From: Gammaproteobacteria bacterium
Lineage (GTDB): Bacteria; Pseudomonadota; Gammaproteobacteria; Arenicellales; Poriferihabitantaceae
Length of the DNA stretch: 64,000 nt
Reading direction: 5' to 3'
Assembly: GCA_028817405.1 (NCBI GenBank)
Contig: JAPPPS010000006.1
Coordinates: forward strand, 2,863 to 66,862
Position numbers and translations under genes: made by a program. Shown one piece after another: positions 1 to 10,298 of this stretch; within the stretch, counting starts at the first letter, position 1, and each line of letters starts with the position of its first letter. The notes under the pieces are model-generated. The model did not search any database, was not told where the DNA came from, and was given only the letters and a program-made list of their open reading frames with translations.

Positions 1-462
1 CTGCTCATCATTTTTATTGTTTTCTGACTCGGCAATGTACCCTCTATACATCATGCCAAGGCTGAATTGTGCGGCCGCATCACCTTGTTCGGCGGCCTTA
101 TGAAACCAGTGCGCGGCTTGCGGAAAACAGTGCGCGGCTTGTGCATAATCTTGTTCACACCCCTTGCCTAAGTAGTATGCACCGAGATTGCATTGCGCTT
201 CCACATGGCCTTGTTCAGCGGCTTTACGAAACCAATGCACGGCCTGCGCATCATCTTCCGCCAAACCTTTGCCATTAAAATACATCCAGCCGAGGTTGAA
301 TTGCCCTTCCGCATTGCCTTGTTCAGCGGCTTTGCGAAACCAATGCGTGGCTTGCGCATAATCTTTCGTCATGCTTTCGCCAAAGTAATACTTCTCGCCG
401 AGACGGATCTGCGCTTTCGGCTCGCCTTGTTCGGCGCGAAGTTTCAGGTCTTTTATGTCCAT
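1..462 (-). CDS. Sel1-like repeat (SLR/TPR) protein, 3' end runs off the window
   Basis: Manual translation of the minus strand from ATG at 462: [22 protein letters not shown]...[25 protein letters not shown]..., about 4 Sel1 repeats, open to base 1 (not in the ORF track because it has no stop). Confidence 0.9.
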   Translation of the reverse strand, partial: MDIKDLKLRAEQGEPKAQIRLGEKYYFGESMTKDYAQATHWFRKAAEQGNAEGQFNLGWMYFNGKGLAEDDAQAVHWFRKAAEQGHVEAQCNLGAYYLGKGCEQDYAQAAHCFPQAAHWFHKAAEQGDAAAQFSLGMMYRGYIAESENNKNDEQ

Positions 463-553
463 CAGACGGTTTGCTCCGGGAATGGTTATCAAAATCGGCG
501 AGGATTTGACCATTTCTCGCCGCTACCGTCAATCCCCGAACAACGGCAAAAAC

Positions 554-668
554 CCGCCATTCCGTGCGGGAACACGGAATCCAGACGCCATGGATGGCAA
601 TCTAAACGCATCGAAATATCGACGAAAAAGCAAAGACTCTGGACTCCGGCTGCCGCCGGAGTGGCGGC
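554..668. repeat. REP/RS3-like palindromic dispersed repeat (copy A)
   Basis: ccgccattccgtg...acggaatccagac...aaagactctggactccgg-N6-ccggagtggc; matches copies at 48143-48371 and 3727-3763. Confidence 0.75.
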
Positions 669-727
669 ATGAAACTCCGCCCACTTTACCTTACAATCCC
701 ACCCCCACAACCCCGCCGCCACCGACC

Positions 728-2017
728 ATGAAAGCCACCCACGTCACCGACATCAACGCTGCCGACGCCCGCGATTACATGCGCCGTCTCGGCCAGGCGG
801 CGCGGGAATCCGCGGTGGTGGTGGCCGAGGCCGCGACGGCGGATAAGAATGCGGCGTTGGAGGCGGTGGCGCAATGTCTGCGCGATGATGAGGCGCGCAT
901 CATCGAAGCCAACGCCGAAGATTTAACCGCCGGCAAACGGGCAAAGTTGAGCGACGCGTTGCTCGACCGTCTCGCGCTGGACGCCGGGCGCATCGCCGCC
1001 ATGGCCGAAGGCTGCCGCCAAGTCGCGGCGCTGCCGGACCCGGTCGGCGAAGTCAGCGGCATGGCGTACCGGCCGAGCGGCATTCAGGTCGGGCGCATGC
1101 GCGTGCCGCTCGGCGTCATCGGCATCATCTACGAGTCGCGGCCGAATGTCACCGTCGACGCCGCGGCGTTGTGTTTGAAAGCCGGCAACGCGGTGCTCTT
1201 GCGCGGCGGCTCCGAGGCGATTCACTCCAACCGCGCCATCGCCGAATCATTGCGCGCCGGCCTGCAGCAAGCGCAACTGCCGGCGGCCGCGGCGCAGTTG
1301 GTCGAGACCACCGACCGGGCCGCGGTCGGCGAGATGCTGCGCATGCGCGAGTGCATCGATGTCATCGTGCCGCGCGGCGGCAAAAGTTTAATCGAGCGCG
1401 TGAGTCGCGACGCCATGGTGCCGGTCATCCGTCATCTCGACGGCGTCTGCCATGTGTATGTCGACGACGACGCCGATTTAGGAAAAGCCATGCGCGTGGC
1501 GTTCAACGCCAAGGCGCGACGCTACGGCATCTGCGGCGCGATGGAAACGTTGTTGGTCGCCGAGAGCGTCGCGCGCCGGTTGCTTCCCCAACTGTCGCGG
1601 CAGTACATCGAGCGCGGCATCGAGTTGCGCGGCTGCGACAAGTCGCGCGCCATCGTGCCGCGGATGAAACCCGCCACCGAGGACGATTGGTACGCCGAAT
1701 ATCTCGACGCCATTCTCGCGGTGCGCGTGGTCGACGGTTTGCAACAAGCCATCGCGCACATCAACACCTTCGGCTCGCGCCACACCGATTCCATCGTCAC
1801 CGAAAACCTTGCAAGCGCGCGCCGCTTTTTGCGCCGGGTGGATTCCAGTTCGGTGATGGTGAACGCCTCGACGCAGTTCGCCGACGGTTTTGAATACGGC
1901 CTCGGCGCGGAAATCGGCATCAGCACCGACAAACTGCATGCGCGCGGCCCGGTCGGCTTGGAAGGTTTGACCTGCCAAAAATACATCGTGGTCGGCGACG
2001 GACATGTCCGACCGTGA
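728..2017 (+). CDS. proA: gamma-glutamyl phosphate reductase (glutamate-5-semialdehyde dehydrogenase)
   Basis: Motifs [50 protein letters not shown]. Confidence 0.97.
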   Translation: MKATHVTDINAADARDYMRRLGQAARESAVVVAEAATADKNAALEAVAQCLRDDEARIIEANAEDLTAGKRAKLSDALLDRLALDAGRIAAMAEGCRQVAALPDPVGEVSGMAYRPSGIQVGRMRVPLGVIGIIYESRPNVTVDAAALCLKAGNAVLLRGGSEAIHSNRAIAESLRAGLQQAQLPAAAAQLVETTDRAAVGEMLRMRECIDVIVPRGGKSLIERVSRDAMVPVIRHLDGVCHVYVDDDADLGKAMRVAFNAKARRYGICGAMETLLVAESVARRLLPQLSRQYIERGIELRGCDKSRAIVPRMKPATEDDWYAEYLDAILAVRVVDGLQQAIAHINTFGSRHTDSIVTENLASARRFLRRVDSSSVMVNASTQFADGFEYGLGAEIGISTDKLHARGPVGLEGLTCQKYIVVGDGHVRP

Positions 2018-2125
2018 GTGACGGTCGCGACGGCGGCATCGCCGCCGGTTAACTTCGCTTCGCTTAACTTCGCTTCGCTTCATTGCATTTCGCCGGCGCG
2101 CCAACCAGTTAACGCTTAACGCCGC

Positions 2126-3118
2126 ATGGACGCTTACCGCCGCGCGCTGCTAAACAGTTTCACCGTCAGCAATCTCGACCGCTGCGCCGAGCGGCGCGGC
2201 GATGACGACTGGTTGGCGGCGCGCCGATGCGATGCCGCGAGTTTGTTCGTGACGGTGCGCGGCGGCGATTGCTTAATTAACATGGAGCACGCCGCGCCGG
2301 TGTTTTTGAACTGCGAACAAGTCGATGATGATGCGTTGGCCGATGCCATGTTCCTCGGCTGCATCGACGGCGGCGCGGTGTTTGCGGTGGACGCCGGTGA
2401 CGGTGAAGTCGATAGCGGTGTCGACAGCGGCGTCGATAACAACGGTGGCATCGACAACAGTGTCATCGCCAACGCAACAAGCAACGGTGACTTCATCGAC
2501 CTGCGCATCGCCGCATCAAACATGAACGCCGAACATGCATCGCTGCTCGCCTACGCCAAAACCCTGGTGCACTGGCGGCGTTGCCACCGCCATTGCCCGG
2601 CCTGCGCCGCGCCGTTGCGGGCGGAAAGCGGCGGCCATGTTTTGCGCTGCGGCGGTTGCGGGCGCGCGCAGTTTCCGCGCACCGACCCGGCCGTCATCGT
2701 ATTAGTGGAACACGCCGGCGCATGCCTCCTGGCGCGCCAGGCCGGCTGGGAGCAGCAAAGGTATTCGGTGCTGGCCGGCTTTGTCGAGCCGGGCGAATCG
2801 GCGGAGCAAACCGTGCTGCGCGAAGTGCGCGAAGAAGCCGGCGTTATCGTCACCGCCCTGCGCTACCACGCCTCGCAACCGTGGCCCTTCCCCGGCGCGC
2901 TGATGCTCGGCTACTTCGCGCAAGCGCAAGACGCGCGCATCAAAGTCGACGGCGATGAACTGGAGCACGCGCAATGGTTCACTCGCGACGCGTTAACGCG
3001 CGCGTTGCAACAAAACCAACTGCGCTTGTCGCCGGCGATTTCCATCTCTCACCGTCTCATCGAGCATTGGTTCGATGCGGAAAGCAAAACACCGTTGCGC
3101 GAACTGTTGGCGAAATGA
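2126..3118 (+). CDS. nudC: NADH pyrophosphatase / NAD decapping Nudix hydrolase
   Basis: Zn-ribbon CPAC..CGGC, FPRTDPAVI, Nudix box AGFVEPGESAEQTVLREVREEAG, SQPWPFP. Confidence 0.95.
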   Translation: MDAYRRALLNSFTVSNLDRCAERRGDDDWLAARRCDAASLFVTVRGGDCLINMEHAAPVFLNCEQVDDDALADAMFLGCIDGGAVFAVDAGDGEVDSGVDSGVDNNGGIDNSVIANATSNGDFIDLRIAASNMNAEHASLLAYAKTLVHWRRCHRHCPACAAPLRAESGGHVLRCGGCGRAQFPRTDPAVIVLVEHAGACLLARQAGWEQQRYSVLAGFVEPGESAEQTVLREVREEAGVIVTALRYHASQPWPFPGALMLGYFAQAQDARIKVDGDELEHAQWFTRDALTRALQQNQLRLSPAISISHRLIEHWFDAESKTPLRELLAK

Positions 3119-3160
3119 AAACGCCAACGCCGCCTCCGAGCGCGCCGTTATAATCGCGCG

Positions 3161-3727
3161 ATGAAACGACGCGACGACAACCGCGGTCACCACCCCGGCC
3201 GCGACATCAGTCAACGCCGCGGCGCCCGGCGCGACATCAGTCAACGCCGCGGTGACCGGCGCAGCGGCGACTGGCGGACCGTGGCCGGTTTGCTGGCGGC
3301 GTTGCCGGTCGCCGCGGCCGAGCGGCCGGCCGATGATGCGGCGCAACGGCGGCTGGCGGATTTCTGGACGCGGCATTTCGGCCCCGCGGCCGCGCGCTCG
3401 ACGCCGCTGCTGTTCGCGTCCGGCCGGCTGGTGGTGTTCGTCGAGGCCGCGGCGTGGGGCCATGAAATCCGCCACCGCGCGCCGGGCTTGCTCCAAGAAT
3501 TAACCCGCAACGGCATCGCCGCCAACTCCATCACGGTAAAAACCCGCCCGCCCCCGCCCGCCCCGCCCCCGCGCAAAACCCGCCCGCCGTTCCGCCTCTC
3601 CCCCGCCAGCGCCGCGCACCTCAAATCATTGGCCGAAACCATCGACCACCCCCCATTAGCGCAAGCCCTGCGGAGGTTGGCGAAGCGCGCGACGGCGGCG
3701 GCGGAAAGGCAAGCAACGGATAAATAA
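3161..3727 (+). CDS. dciA: DUF721 / DciA family helicase-loader-like protein
   Basis: LVVFVEAAAWGHEIRH...LLQEL and C-terminal LA+TI.HPPLAQALRRLA; convergent with lpxC as in many Gammaproteobacteria. Confidence 0.75.
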   Translation: MKRRDDNRGHHPGRDISQRRGARRDISQRRGDRRSGDWRTVAGLLAALPVAAAERPADDAAQRRLADFWTRHFGPAAARSTPLLFASGRLVVFVEAAAWGHEIRHRAPGLLQELTRNGIAANSITVKTRPPPPAPPPRKTRPPFRLSPASAAHLKSLAETIDHPPLAQALRRLAKRATAAAERQATDK

Positions 3728-3763
3728 AAGACGCTGGACTCCGAGCCAAAGCCTGGAGTCTTT
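3727..3763. repeat. partial REP-like palindrome / possible bidirectional terminator
   Basis: aaagacgctggactcc...ggagtcttta resembles the aaagactctggactcc arm of the repeats at 554-668 and 48143-48371. Confidence 0.5.
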
Positions 3764-3801
3764 ATCTTTCCGCCAACCGCCCTTATCGGCCGTCCTTCAA
3801 A

Positions 3802-4206
3802 TCAATCGCCGGGATGGGAGGCATGGGCTTTGTTGATGAGGATTTTTTGCTTTTTCTCTAGCACCGGGCATTTTTGCGCGGCGTTTTTGACTTGGTGTCG
3901 GGCGGCCGGAGAAAGAAAGCCTTTTTTGCCGGTCAGTTCCTGCAATGTGAACGGAAACAGGCGGTCGCAGGCGATATATGAATGATGGCTGAGAAAGCGG
4001 TGTTCTTCAGCGGAAATCGCGGCGTAACATTTCATGCGGTGCTGGTTTTCGCGGAGAAACCGCGGAATGCTGGAATTGATAAACAAGCCCAAGGGCCGGG
4101 GCTGGGCGGCGACAACAACGACGAACTTGTCTTTAACGGGTTTGGAGTGGCGGCACTGTGGCACCCAAAATACATCCCATTCCCCGATTCGGGCGGGGCG
4201 GCTCAA
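3802..4206 (-). CDS. putative toxin partner of Panacea antitoxin (uncharacterised)
   Basis: TTG start overlaps the upstream TGA (TTGA); KDKFVVVV..LFINS..FLSHHSYIAC pattern; lower GC than flanks. Confidence 0.6.
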   Translation of the reverse strand: MSRPARIGEWDVFWVPQCRHSKPVKDKFVVVVAAQPRPLGLFINSSIPRFLRENQHRMKCYAAISAEEHRFLSHHSYIACDRLFPFTLQELTGKKGFLSPAARHQVKNAAQKCPVLEKKQKILINKAHASHPGD

Positions 4207-4742
4207 GGAGCGGTGTTCCGGAGATAATTCAGCAACGCCCCCCGCCCCCTGCAGTGCGTGGTCATTGCCTCCAAGGAAATGGCGGTGTTTGGCGGCGTAC
4301 TTTTCCACGCCGCGTCATGGCTGACATGGGTTAACTCATTAAACAAACAGCGGCCGTATTTTTTGACCGCCCATTCGATGCACTCCACATCGGAATCACT
4401 GAGTTCCATCAGGTCGGCTTCGCGCAACGGTTTGACCCGGCAACCGCTCACCGCCAGCGCATCCTTGGCGCGTTTAACAACAGCGCGGCGCGGAGTCCAC
4501 TGGTCGCGCGCATCGCCGCGCACCGCTTTCAGCATGCCGTATATCGCGCTCGGCACCGGGCCGTATTTCATCGCCACATAACTGTCGCCGCAAATCAGCC
4601 GGCCGTATTCGCGCAGGTGGCGTTTGTCGGCAAAGTAAAAAATCTTGGCGATGTTATGCAGCCCCGGGCGCGGCAAGCGGGCGGCAAGATACAGCACACA
4701 CTCCACCGCCTTCGCCGGCTCGAAAGGAAAAGGATATTGCAT
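4203..4742 (-). CDS. Panacea (DUF4065/SocA-like) domain antitoxin
   Basis: KIFYFADKRHL.EYGRLI.GDSYVAMKYGPVP and SHDAAW motifs typical of DUF4065. Confidence 0.85.
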   Translation of the reverse strand: MQYPFPFEPAKAVECVLYLAARLPRPGLHNIAKIFYFADKRHLREYGRLICGDSYVAMKYGPVPSAIYGMLKAVRGDARDQWTPRRAVVKRAKDALAVSGCRVKPLREADLMELSDSDVECIEWAVKKYGRCLFNELTHVSHDAAWKSTPPNTAISLEAMTTHCRGRGALLNYLRNTAP

Positions 4743-4820
4743 CGAACGCTCGGTCGCTGACTTCACTTGTGGGAATACTAAAACTGCGTCTTCGCCGTTG
4801 TCAACACAACAAACGCCGAC

Positions 4821-5732
4821 TCAAACTTCCGCCACGGTGCGGACGAAGGCGATGGGGAGTTCGGTTTCGTCTTCGTAGGAGATGAGTTCCCAGGCCGATT
4901 GGTCTGCGGTTAACTTGCGCAGTAGGCGGTTGTTTAAGGCGTGGCCGGATTTGTGGGCGCTGAAGGCGCCGATGAGGGGGTGGCCGAGCAGGTATAAATC
5001 GCCGATGGCGTCCAGGACTTTGTGTTTGACGAATTCGTCTTTGTATCTGAGGCCGTCGTCGTTGAGGATGTGGAACGAGTCCAGCACGATGGCGTTGTCG
5101 AAACTGCCGCCTTGCGCCAGGCCGGCGTTGCGCAGCGCTTCCAAGTCTTCCATAAAACCGAAGGTGCGCGCGCGGCTGACATCTTTGACGAACGAGGTGG
5201 TGGAAAAATCCACCGACGCGACTTGCGTGGAGTTTTGCAAAATCGGATGCTTGAAGTCGATGGCGAATGACACTTTGAAACCGTTGAACGGCTCGAACTT
5301 GACCCACTTGTCGCCATCTGCGATGCGCAACGGTTTTTTGATGCGGATGAATTGCTTGGGGCGGTTTTGTTCGCGAATGCCGGCTGATTGCAGGAGGAAC
5401 ACGAACGGGCCGGCGCTGCCGTCCATTATCGGCACTTCCGGGGCGCTGACTTCGACGAAGGCGTTGTCGATGCCGAGGCCGGCGAACGCCGACATTAAAT
5501 GCTCGACGGTGGAGATTTTTACGCCGTCGGCTTCCAGCGTGGTGGACAGCCGGGTGTCGGTGACATTGCCGGGCCGGGCCGCGATTTCCACCGCCCGCTC
5601 TAAATCCACGCGCAAGAAAATGATGCCGGTGTCGGCCGGGGCCGGGCGCAAGGTCAGGTAGATTTTCTCCCCGGTATGCAGGCCGACGCCGGTGGCGCGG
5701 ATGATGTTTTTTAGGGTGCGCTGTTTAATCAC
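4821..5732 (-). CDS. lpxC: UDP-3-O-acyl-GlcNAc deacetylase
   Basis: GTG start [44 protein letters not shown]. Confidence 0.98.
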   Translation of the reverse strand: MIKQRTLKNIIRATGVGLHTGEKIYLTLRPAPADTGIIFLRVDLERAVEIAARPGNVTDTRLSTTLEADGVKISTVEHLMSAFAGLGIDNAFVEVSAPEVPIMDGSAGPFVFLLQSAGIREQNRPKQFIRIKKPLRIADGDKWVKFEPFNGFKVSFAIDFKHPILQNSTQVASVDFSTTSFVKDVSRARTFGFMEDLEALRNAGLAQGGSFDNAIVLDSFHILNDDGLRYKDEFVKHKVLDAIGDLYLLGHPLIGAFSAHKSGHALNNRLLRKLTADQSAWELISYEDETELPIAFVRTVAEV

Positions 5733-5961
5733 GCGGCTGCCGCGCTCACGGTGGGGCTGGTGGGGTTGGTGGGGTTGGGTGACGGTGTCGGTTGCGGAAC
5801 GAGGGCGCGACACTACCACACCACGGCGCGTCAAGCAAACTCGGTTGGCGAATCCAATTCCGCGGCGCATGGATTTCGTGGGGGCGACCGGGCGGCGACC
5901 GGCCGACCGACGCCGGCGACCGACGACGGCACCGCCGACGGCGACAGCGCCCTCCCCGCCG

Positions 5962-7095
5962 TCAGTCCGCTTGCCGGCGCAGAAACGGCGGCAGGTCGTA
6001 GTCCTGGGCGTTCAGGCCGAGGGCCTCGGCGGCCGAGGTCGCGGCGCGCTGCGGCGGCAGGCGGCGCGGCTGCGGCACCGGGCGCAAATGCGAATTGGCC
6101 GGCGATTGAGCGTTGCCACCGCCGCTGCGCTGCGCTTTCGGGTCCGCCAGGCCGGTGGCCACCATCGTCACCCGCAACTGCTCCTGCATGCCGGCGTCGA
6201 GCGCGGTGCCGATGACCACATTGGCGTCGCCGGCCGCGAACTCGCCGACCGCGGTGCCGACCGCCTCGTATTCGCCGATGGTCATCTCCTTGGAGGCGGT
6301 GATGTTCACTAACATGCCGCGCGCGCCGTGCAGGTCGACATCCTCCAGCAGCGGGCTGGAAATCGCCAGTTTGGCCGCCTCCGCGGCGCGGTTCTCGCCG
6401 CTGGCGACCGCCGAGCCCATCATCGCCATGCCCATCTCCGACATCACCGTGCGCACATCGGCGAAGTCGACATTGATGAATCCGGGCCGGGTAATCAACT
6501 CGGAAATCCCCTGCACCGCGTTGAACAGCACCTTGTCGGCTTCGTGAAACGCCTCGACCATGGTCGCGCTCTGGCCCATCACCGCCAACACCTTCTCGTT
6601 GGGGATGACAATCAGCGAGTCGACATGCGCCTGCAATTCGCGGATGCCTTCGTGCGCGACTTGCATGCGCTTCGGGCCCTCGAACGGGAACGGCCGCGTG
6701 ACCACCGCCACCGCGAGCATTTTCATCTCGCGCGCCAACTCGGCGATGACCGGGGTGGCGCCGGTGCCGGTGCCGCCGCCCATGCCCGCGGCGATGAACA
6801 CCATGTCCGCGCCCTTGATGGATTCGGCGATGCGCTCGCGGTCCTCGACCGCGGCCTGGCGGCCGATGTCGGGGTTTGCGCCGGCGCCGAGGCCTTTGGT
6901 CAGGCCCTCGCCGATTTGCAGCACCGTGGCCGCGCCTGAGCGGGTCAAGGCTTGGGCGTCGGTGTTGGCGTTGATGACGCCGACACCGTCGAGTTCGGCG
7001 TCGACCATGTGCTCGACCGCGTTGCCGCCGCCGCCGCCGACGCCGATGACTTTGATGACCGCCTGTTTGCACGGCGTTTCTTGAAACTCTAACAT
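5962..7095 (-). CDS. ftsZ: cell division GTPase
   Basis: [32 protein letters not shown]-terminal [11 protein letters not shown]. Confidence 0.99.
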   Translation of the reverse strand: MLEFQETPCKQAVIKVIGVGGGGGNAVEHMVDAELDGVGVINANTDAQALTRSGAATVLQIGEGLTKGLGAGANPDIGRQAAVEDRERIAESIKGADMVFIAAGMGGGTGTGATPVIAELAREMKMLAVAVVTRPFPFEGPKRMQVAHEGIRELQAHVDSLIVIPNEKVLAVMGQSATMVEAFHEADKVLFNAVQGISELITRPGFINVDFADVRTVMSEMGMAMMGSAVASGENRAAEAAKLAISSPLLEDVDLHGARGMLVNITASKEMTIGEYEAVGTAVGEFAAGDANVVIGTALDAGMQEQLRVTMVATGLADPKAQRSGGGNAQSPANSHLRPVPQPRRLPPQRAATSAAEALGLNAQDYDLPPFLRRQAD

Positions 7096-7195
7096 GGGAA
7101 TGCCCTCTGTTGGAAAACCGGTTGGAGCCCGCGCGCGCGAATTGATGAGACGCCGGCGCGCGGAGTGGAATGAATTCGATGGATGCGATGGCGCG

Positions 7196-8443
7196 CTAAA
7201 AACTGCCTTTGAACCAGCCCTTGGCGCGGCCCCAGGCGCGCATCCACGCGCCGCGCAAGCGGCCCGGCTCGACCGCCAACTGCGCCAGGCGCACACGGTT
7301 GGCGTGGCCGAACTGCGCTAGGCCTATGCCGGTGGCGTAAATCGGATTGCGCACCACTTCGGCCAGGCCGCCGTCGTAGTTCGGCAAGCCCAAACGCACC
7401 GGCAGATGAAATATTTCCTCCGCCAATTCGACGATGCCCTCGGTGCGCGAACTGCCGCCGGTCAGCACCACGCCGGAGCGCACTAACGCTTCCAAGCCGC
7501 TGCGCCGCAGTTCGGCTTGCACCAGAAGCAGGAGTTCTTCGACCCGCGGTTCGATGATTTCGGCCAGGTTCTGGCGCGACAAAGTGCGCGACGGCCGCCC
7601 GCCCATGCTTGGCGTTTGGATGGTCTGTCCCTCGTCCACTAACTGTACCAATGTGCAGCCGTATTTCTTTTTGATTTCCTCGGCCGACTGGGCCGGGGTG
7701 CGAAACGCCACCGCGATGTCGTTGGTCACCTGGTCGCCGGCGATGGGAATCACCGAGGAATGCCGAATCGCGCCGTCCGAGAACACCGCGATGTCGGTGG
7801 TGCCGCCGCCGATGTCAATCATGCACACGCCGAGTTCGCGCTCGTCGTCGGTCAGCACCGACTCGCTGGACGCCAACTGCTCGAGAATGATGTCGTCCAC
7901 TTCCAAGCCGCAACGGCGCACGCACTTGACGATGTTGCGCGCCGCGCTGTCGGCGCCGGTAATCATGTGCACGCGCGCTTCCAGCCGCACGCCGCACATG
8001 CCGGCCGGCTCGCGGATGCCGTCTTGGCCGTCGATGATGAAGTCCTGCGGAAGCACATGCAGGATGCGCTGGTCGTTGGGAATCGCCAGCGCGCGCGCCG
8101 CGTCGATGACCGCGGCGATGTCGCGTTTGGTGACTTCGCCGTCGCGGATGGCGACCACGCCGTGCGAGTTGACGCTGTTGACATGCGCGCCGGCGATGCC
8201 GACGAACACCGAATAGATTTGGCAGTCGGCCATCATCTCGGCTTCCTCGACGGCGCGGCGAATCGACTGCACCGTGGATTCGATGTCGGCGACCACGCCC
8301 TTGCGCAGGCCGCGGCTGGGGTGGTGGCCGATGCCGATGACTTCGATGCCGCCGTGCGCGTTCACTTCGCCGACAATCGCCAGCACTTTGGAAGTGCCGA
8401 TGTCGAGGCCGACGATGAGGTCGCTGTTGGAGGGTTTGGGCAT
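7196..8443 (-). CDS. ftsA: cell division protein FtsA
   Basis: GLDIGTSKV, IDIGGGTTDIA, VLTGG; dcw position. Confidence 0.98.
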   Translation of the reverse strand: MPKPSNSDLIVGLDIGTSKVLAIVGEVNAHGGIEVIGIGHHPSRGLRKGVVADIESTVQSIRRAVEEAEMMADCQIYSVFVGIAGAHVNSVNSHGVVAIRDGEVTKRDIAAVIDAARALAIPNDQRILHVLPQDFIIDGQDGIREPAGMCGVRLEARVHMITGADSAARNIVKCVRRCGLEVDDIILEQLASSESVLTDDERELGVCMIDIGGGTTDIAVFSDGAIRHSSVIPIAGDQVTNDIAVAFRTPAQSAEEIKKKYGCTLVQLVDEGQTIQTPSMGGRPSRTLSRQNLAEIIEPRVEELLLLVQAELRRSGLEALVRSGVVLTGGSSRTEGIVELAEEIFHLPVRLGLPNYDGGLAEVVRNPIYATGIGLAQFGHANRVRLAQLAVEPGRLRGAWMRAWGRAKGWFKGSF

Positions 8444-8445
8444 GG

Positions 8446-9375
8446 TTAATGCGCCTCAGCGTGGGTGGGGGTGGAGGGGGCGGCCGCGGTGGCCGGGGTG
8501 GTTGCGACGGTGGTGGCGCTCACCGTGACCGGCTCGGCCGGCGCGGCGCGACTGACGGCGAAACCGTTCGGGTAACGCAAATCCACCGTGCGCAAGGCCG
8601 CGAAGTCGCCGAGCAATGGATGCCGCAATGCGCCGGTGAAACGCGCGATGCGCGCCGCCGCGTGTTGCTGCGGCACAATCAAACGGATGGATGGCGGTGA
8701 CGGTGATGACGGTGACGGTGACGACGGCGCTCCAGCGCCTTGCCCGGCCCGGCCGAGCAACGCGCTGACCGACAGCGTGAGGTAACACAAGCCGCGCGCG
8801 TCGACATGCAACGCGTCCAACTGCAAGCCCTTGGCCGCGAACGCCTTCGACCAGGTTTGATAGGCGCGCCATACTTTCTCGCGCGCCGCGCGCGATTCGG
8901 CGCGCGCGCTGGGGCCGGATAACTTGGGCAAGTCGCGCCATTCCGCGGCGTGCGCCTCGGCCGGCCGCGCCACCAACGCGCCGGTGGAATGCAGCCACCG
9001 GTCATCGCCCCATTGCGCCACCGGCTGCACTTCGGTGACTTCCACCACCAGCGCGTCCGGCCATCGTCGCCGCAGCGATGCGCTGAACACCCACGGCAGT
9101 TGCTCGATGCGCGCCTCCAAGTCGTCGAGTTCGACCGAGAAGTAAGTCGCCGGCAACGCGCGCTCCACCACCGCCCGCACTTGGCCGCCGTCGACGCGCG
9201 TGACATGGCCGCGCACTTCGACCGCGCGAATGCGGAATTGCTCCGCGTGGTAGACGCGGTCGAGAACGAACAGCGCGCCCACGGTCAGCAGCGCCAGCAA
9301 CGCCAGCGAGACCACCCAGCCGGCGACCGCCGGTTTGGCCGGTTTGGCGTGGGCATGAACGCGCGCGCGGCTCAT
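8446..9375 (-). CDS. ftsQ: cell division protein FtsQ
   Basis: N-terminal TM, POTRA LPWV.SASLRRRWPD, C-terminal VDLRYPNGFAV. Confidence 0.93.
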   Translation of the reverse strand: MSRARVHAHAKPAKPAVAGWVVSLALLALLTVGALFVLDRVYHAEQFRIRAVEVRGHVTRVDGGQVRAVVERALPATYFSVELDDLEARIEQLPWVFSASLRRRWPDALVVEVTEVQPVAQWGDDRWLHSTGALVARPAEAHAAEWRDLPKLSGPSARAESRAAREKVWRAYQTWSKAFAAKGLQLDALHVDARGLCYLTLSVSALLGRAGQGAGAPSSPSPSSPSPPSIRLIVPQQHAAARIARFTGALRHPLLGDFAALRTVDLRYPNGFAVSRAAPAEPVTVSATTVATTPATAAAPSTPTHAEAH

Positions 9376-10298
9376 GACGGATGCCTCCCGATGATGCGCA
9401 CTTCGGGAATCAACTCGACCCCGGCATGGGTTTTGACTTCGCGGCGGATGCGCTCGAGCAACGCCTCGATGTCGGCCGCGGTGGCGCGGCCGCGGTTGAT
9501 GATGAAGTTGGCGTGGGTGTCGGACACCGTCGCATCGCCGGCGCGCGCGCCTTTCAAGCCCGCGGCCTCGATGAGTCGCGCCGCGAAATCGCCGGGCGGA
9601 TTGCGGAACACCGAGCCGGCGCTGGCATGCGTCACCGGCTGGGTCGCGCCGCGCTTCTCCATCAAACGGCGGATGCGTTGTTTGCCGTCGCGGCCGCCCG
9701 GCTGCAGCACGATGTCGGCGCTCAGCAAACCGTGGCCGGCCGGCAATTCGACTTGGCGGTAGCCGACCGCGATGTCGGCGGCCGGCAGTTTCCGGACGCG
9801 ACCGTCGCGGCTGACCACCTCGACACTGTCGACCCAGTCCCAAGTTTCGCCGCCGAATGCGCCGGCGTTCATCGCCAGCGCGCCGCCGAACGAGCCGGGC
9901 ACGCCGGCCAAAAATTCCGCGCCGCTTAAGTTTGCCGCGGCCGCCGCGCGCGCGACTTTGGCGCATGACACCCCGGCTTCGACGCTGCCGCGCCCGGATT
10001 TTTCCAAGCGCAGCGCCGTCAACCCTTTTGCGGTGCGCACCACCATGCCGGCCACGCCGCCGTCGCGCACCAACAAGTTGCTGCCGAGGCCGAGCCAGAT
10101 TAGCGGCATGCCGGCCGGCAGTTGCGCCAAGAGACGCAGCAAGTCATCTTTGTCGGCCGGGGTGTAAAACCACTCGGCCGCGCCGCCGACCCGCCAACTG
10201 GTGTGGCGCGCCAGCGGCTCATTGGCGCGCAACTTACCGCGCAAACCGCGCATGAACGGCGGCTCGGCGACGCCCCGGTGTTTGCGTTGCGCCATCAT
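9372..10298 (-). CDS. murB: UDP-N-acetylenolpyruvoylglucosamine reductase
   Basis: HTSWRVGG, GLGSNLLVRDGG, GVPGSFGGALAMNAGA, SAGSVFRNP, HANFIIN. Confidence 0.97.
   Translation of the reverse strand: MMAQRKHRGVAEPPFMRGLRGKLRANEPLARHTSWRVGGAAEWFYTPADKDDLLRLLAQLPAGMPLIWLGLGSNLLVRDGGVAGMVVRTAKGLTALRLEKSGRGSVEAGVSCAKVARAAAAANLSGAEFLAGVPGSFGGALAMNAGAFGGETWDWVDSVEVVSRDGRVRKLPAADIAVGYRQVELPAGHGLLSADIVLQPGGRDGKQRIRRLMEKRGATQPVTHASAGSVFRNPPGDFAARLIEAAGLKGARAGDATVSDTHANFIINRGRATAADIEALLERIRREVKTHAGVELIPEVRIIGRHPS

Noticed and set aside
193-672. Plus-strand 159-aa ORF with repeats (and similar 52188-52865)
   Set aside because: Antisense shadows of the Sel1 genes.
3200-3256. Short in-gene duplications (RDISQRRG x2 in dciA; LVRGIRDI x2 near 49825-49880; ESTGD x2 near 54955-55010)
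   Set aside because: Local slippage duplications with no separate function evident; covered by the general repeat-expansion finding.
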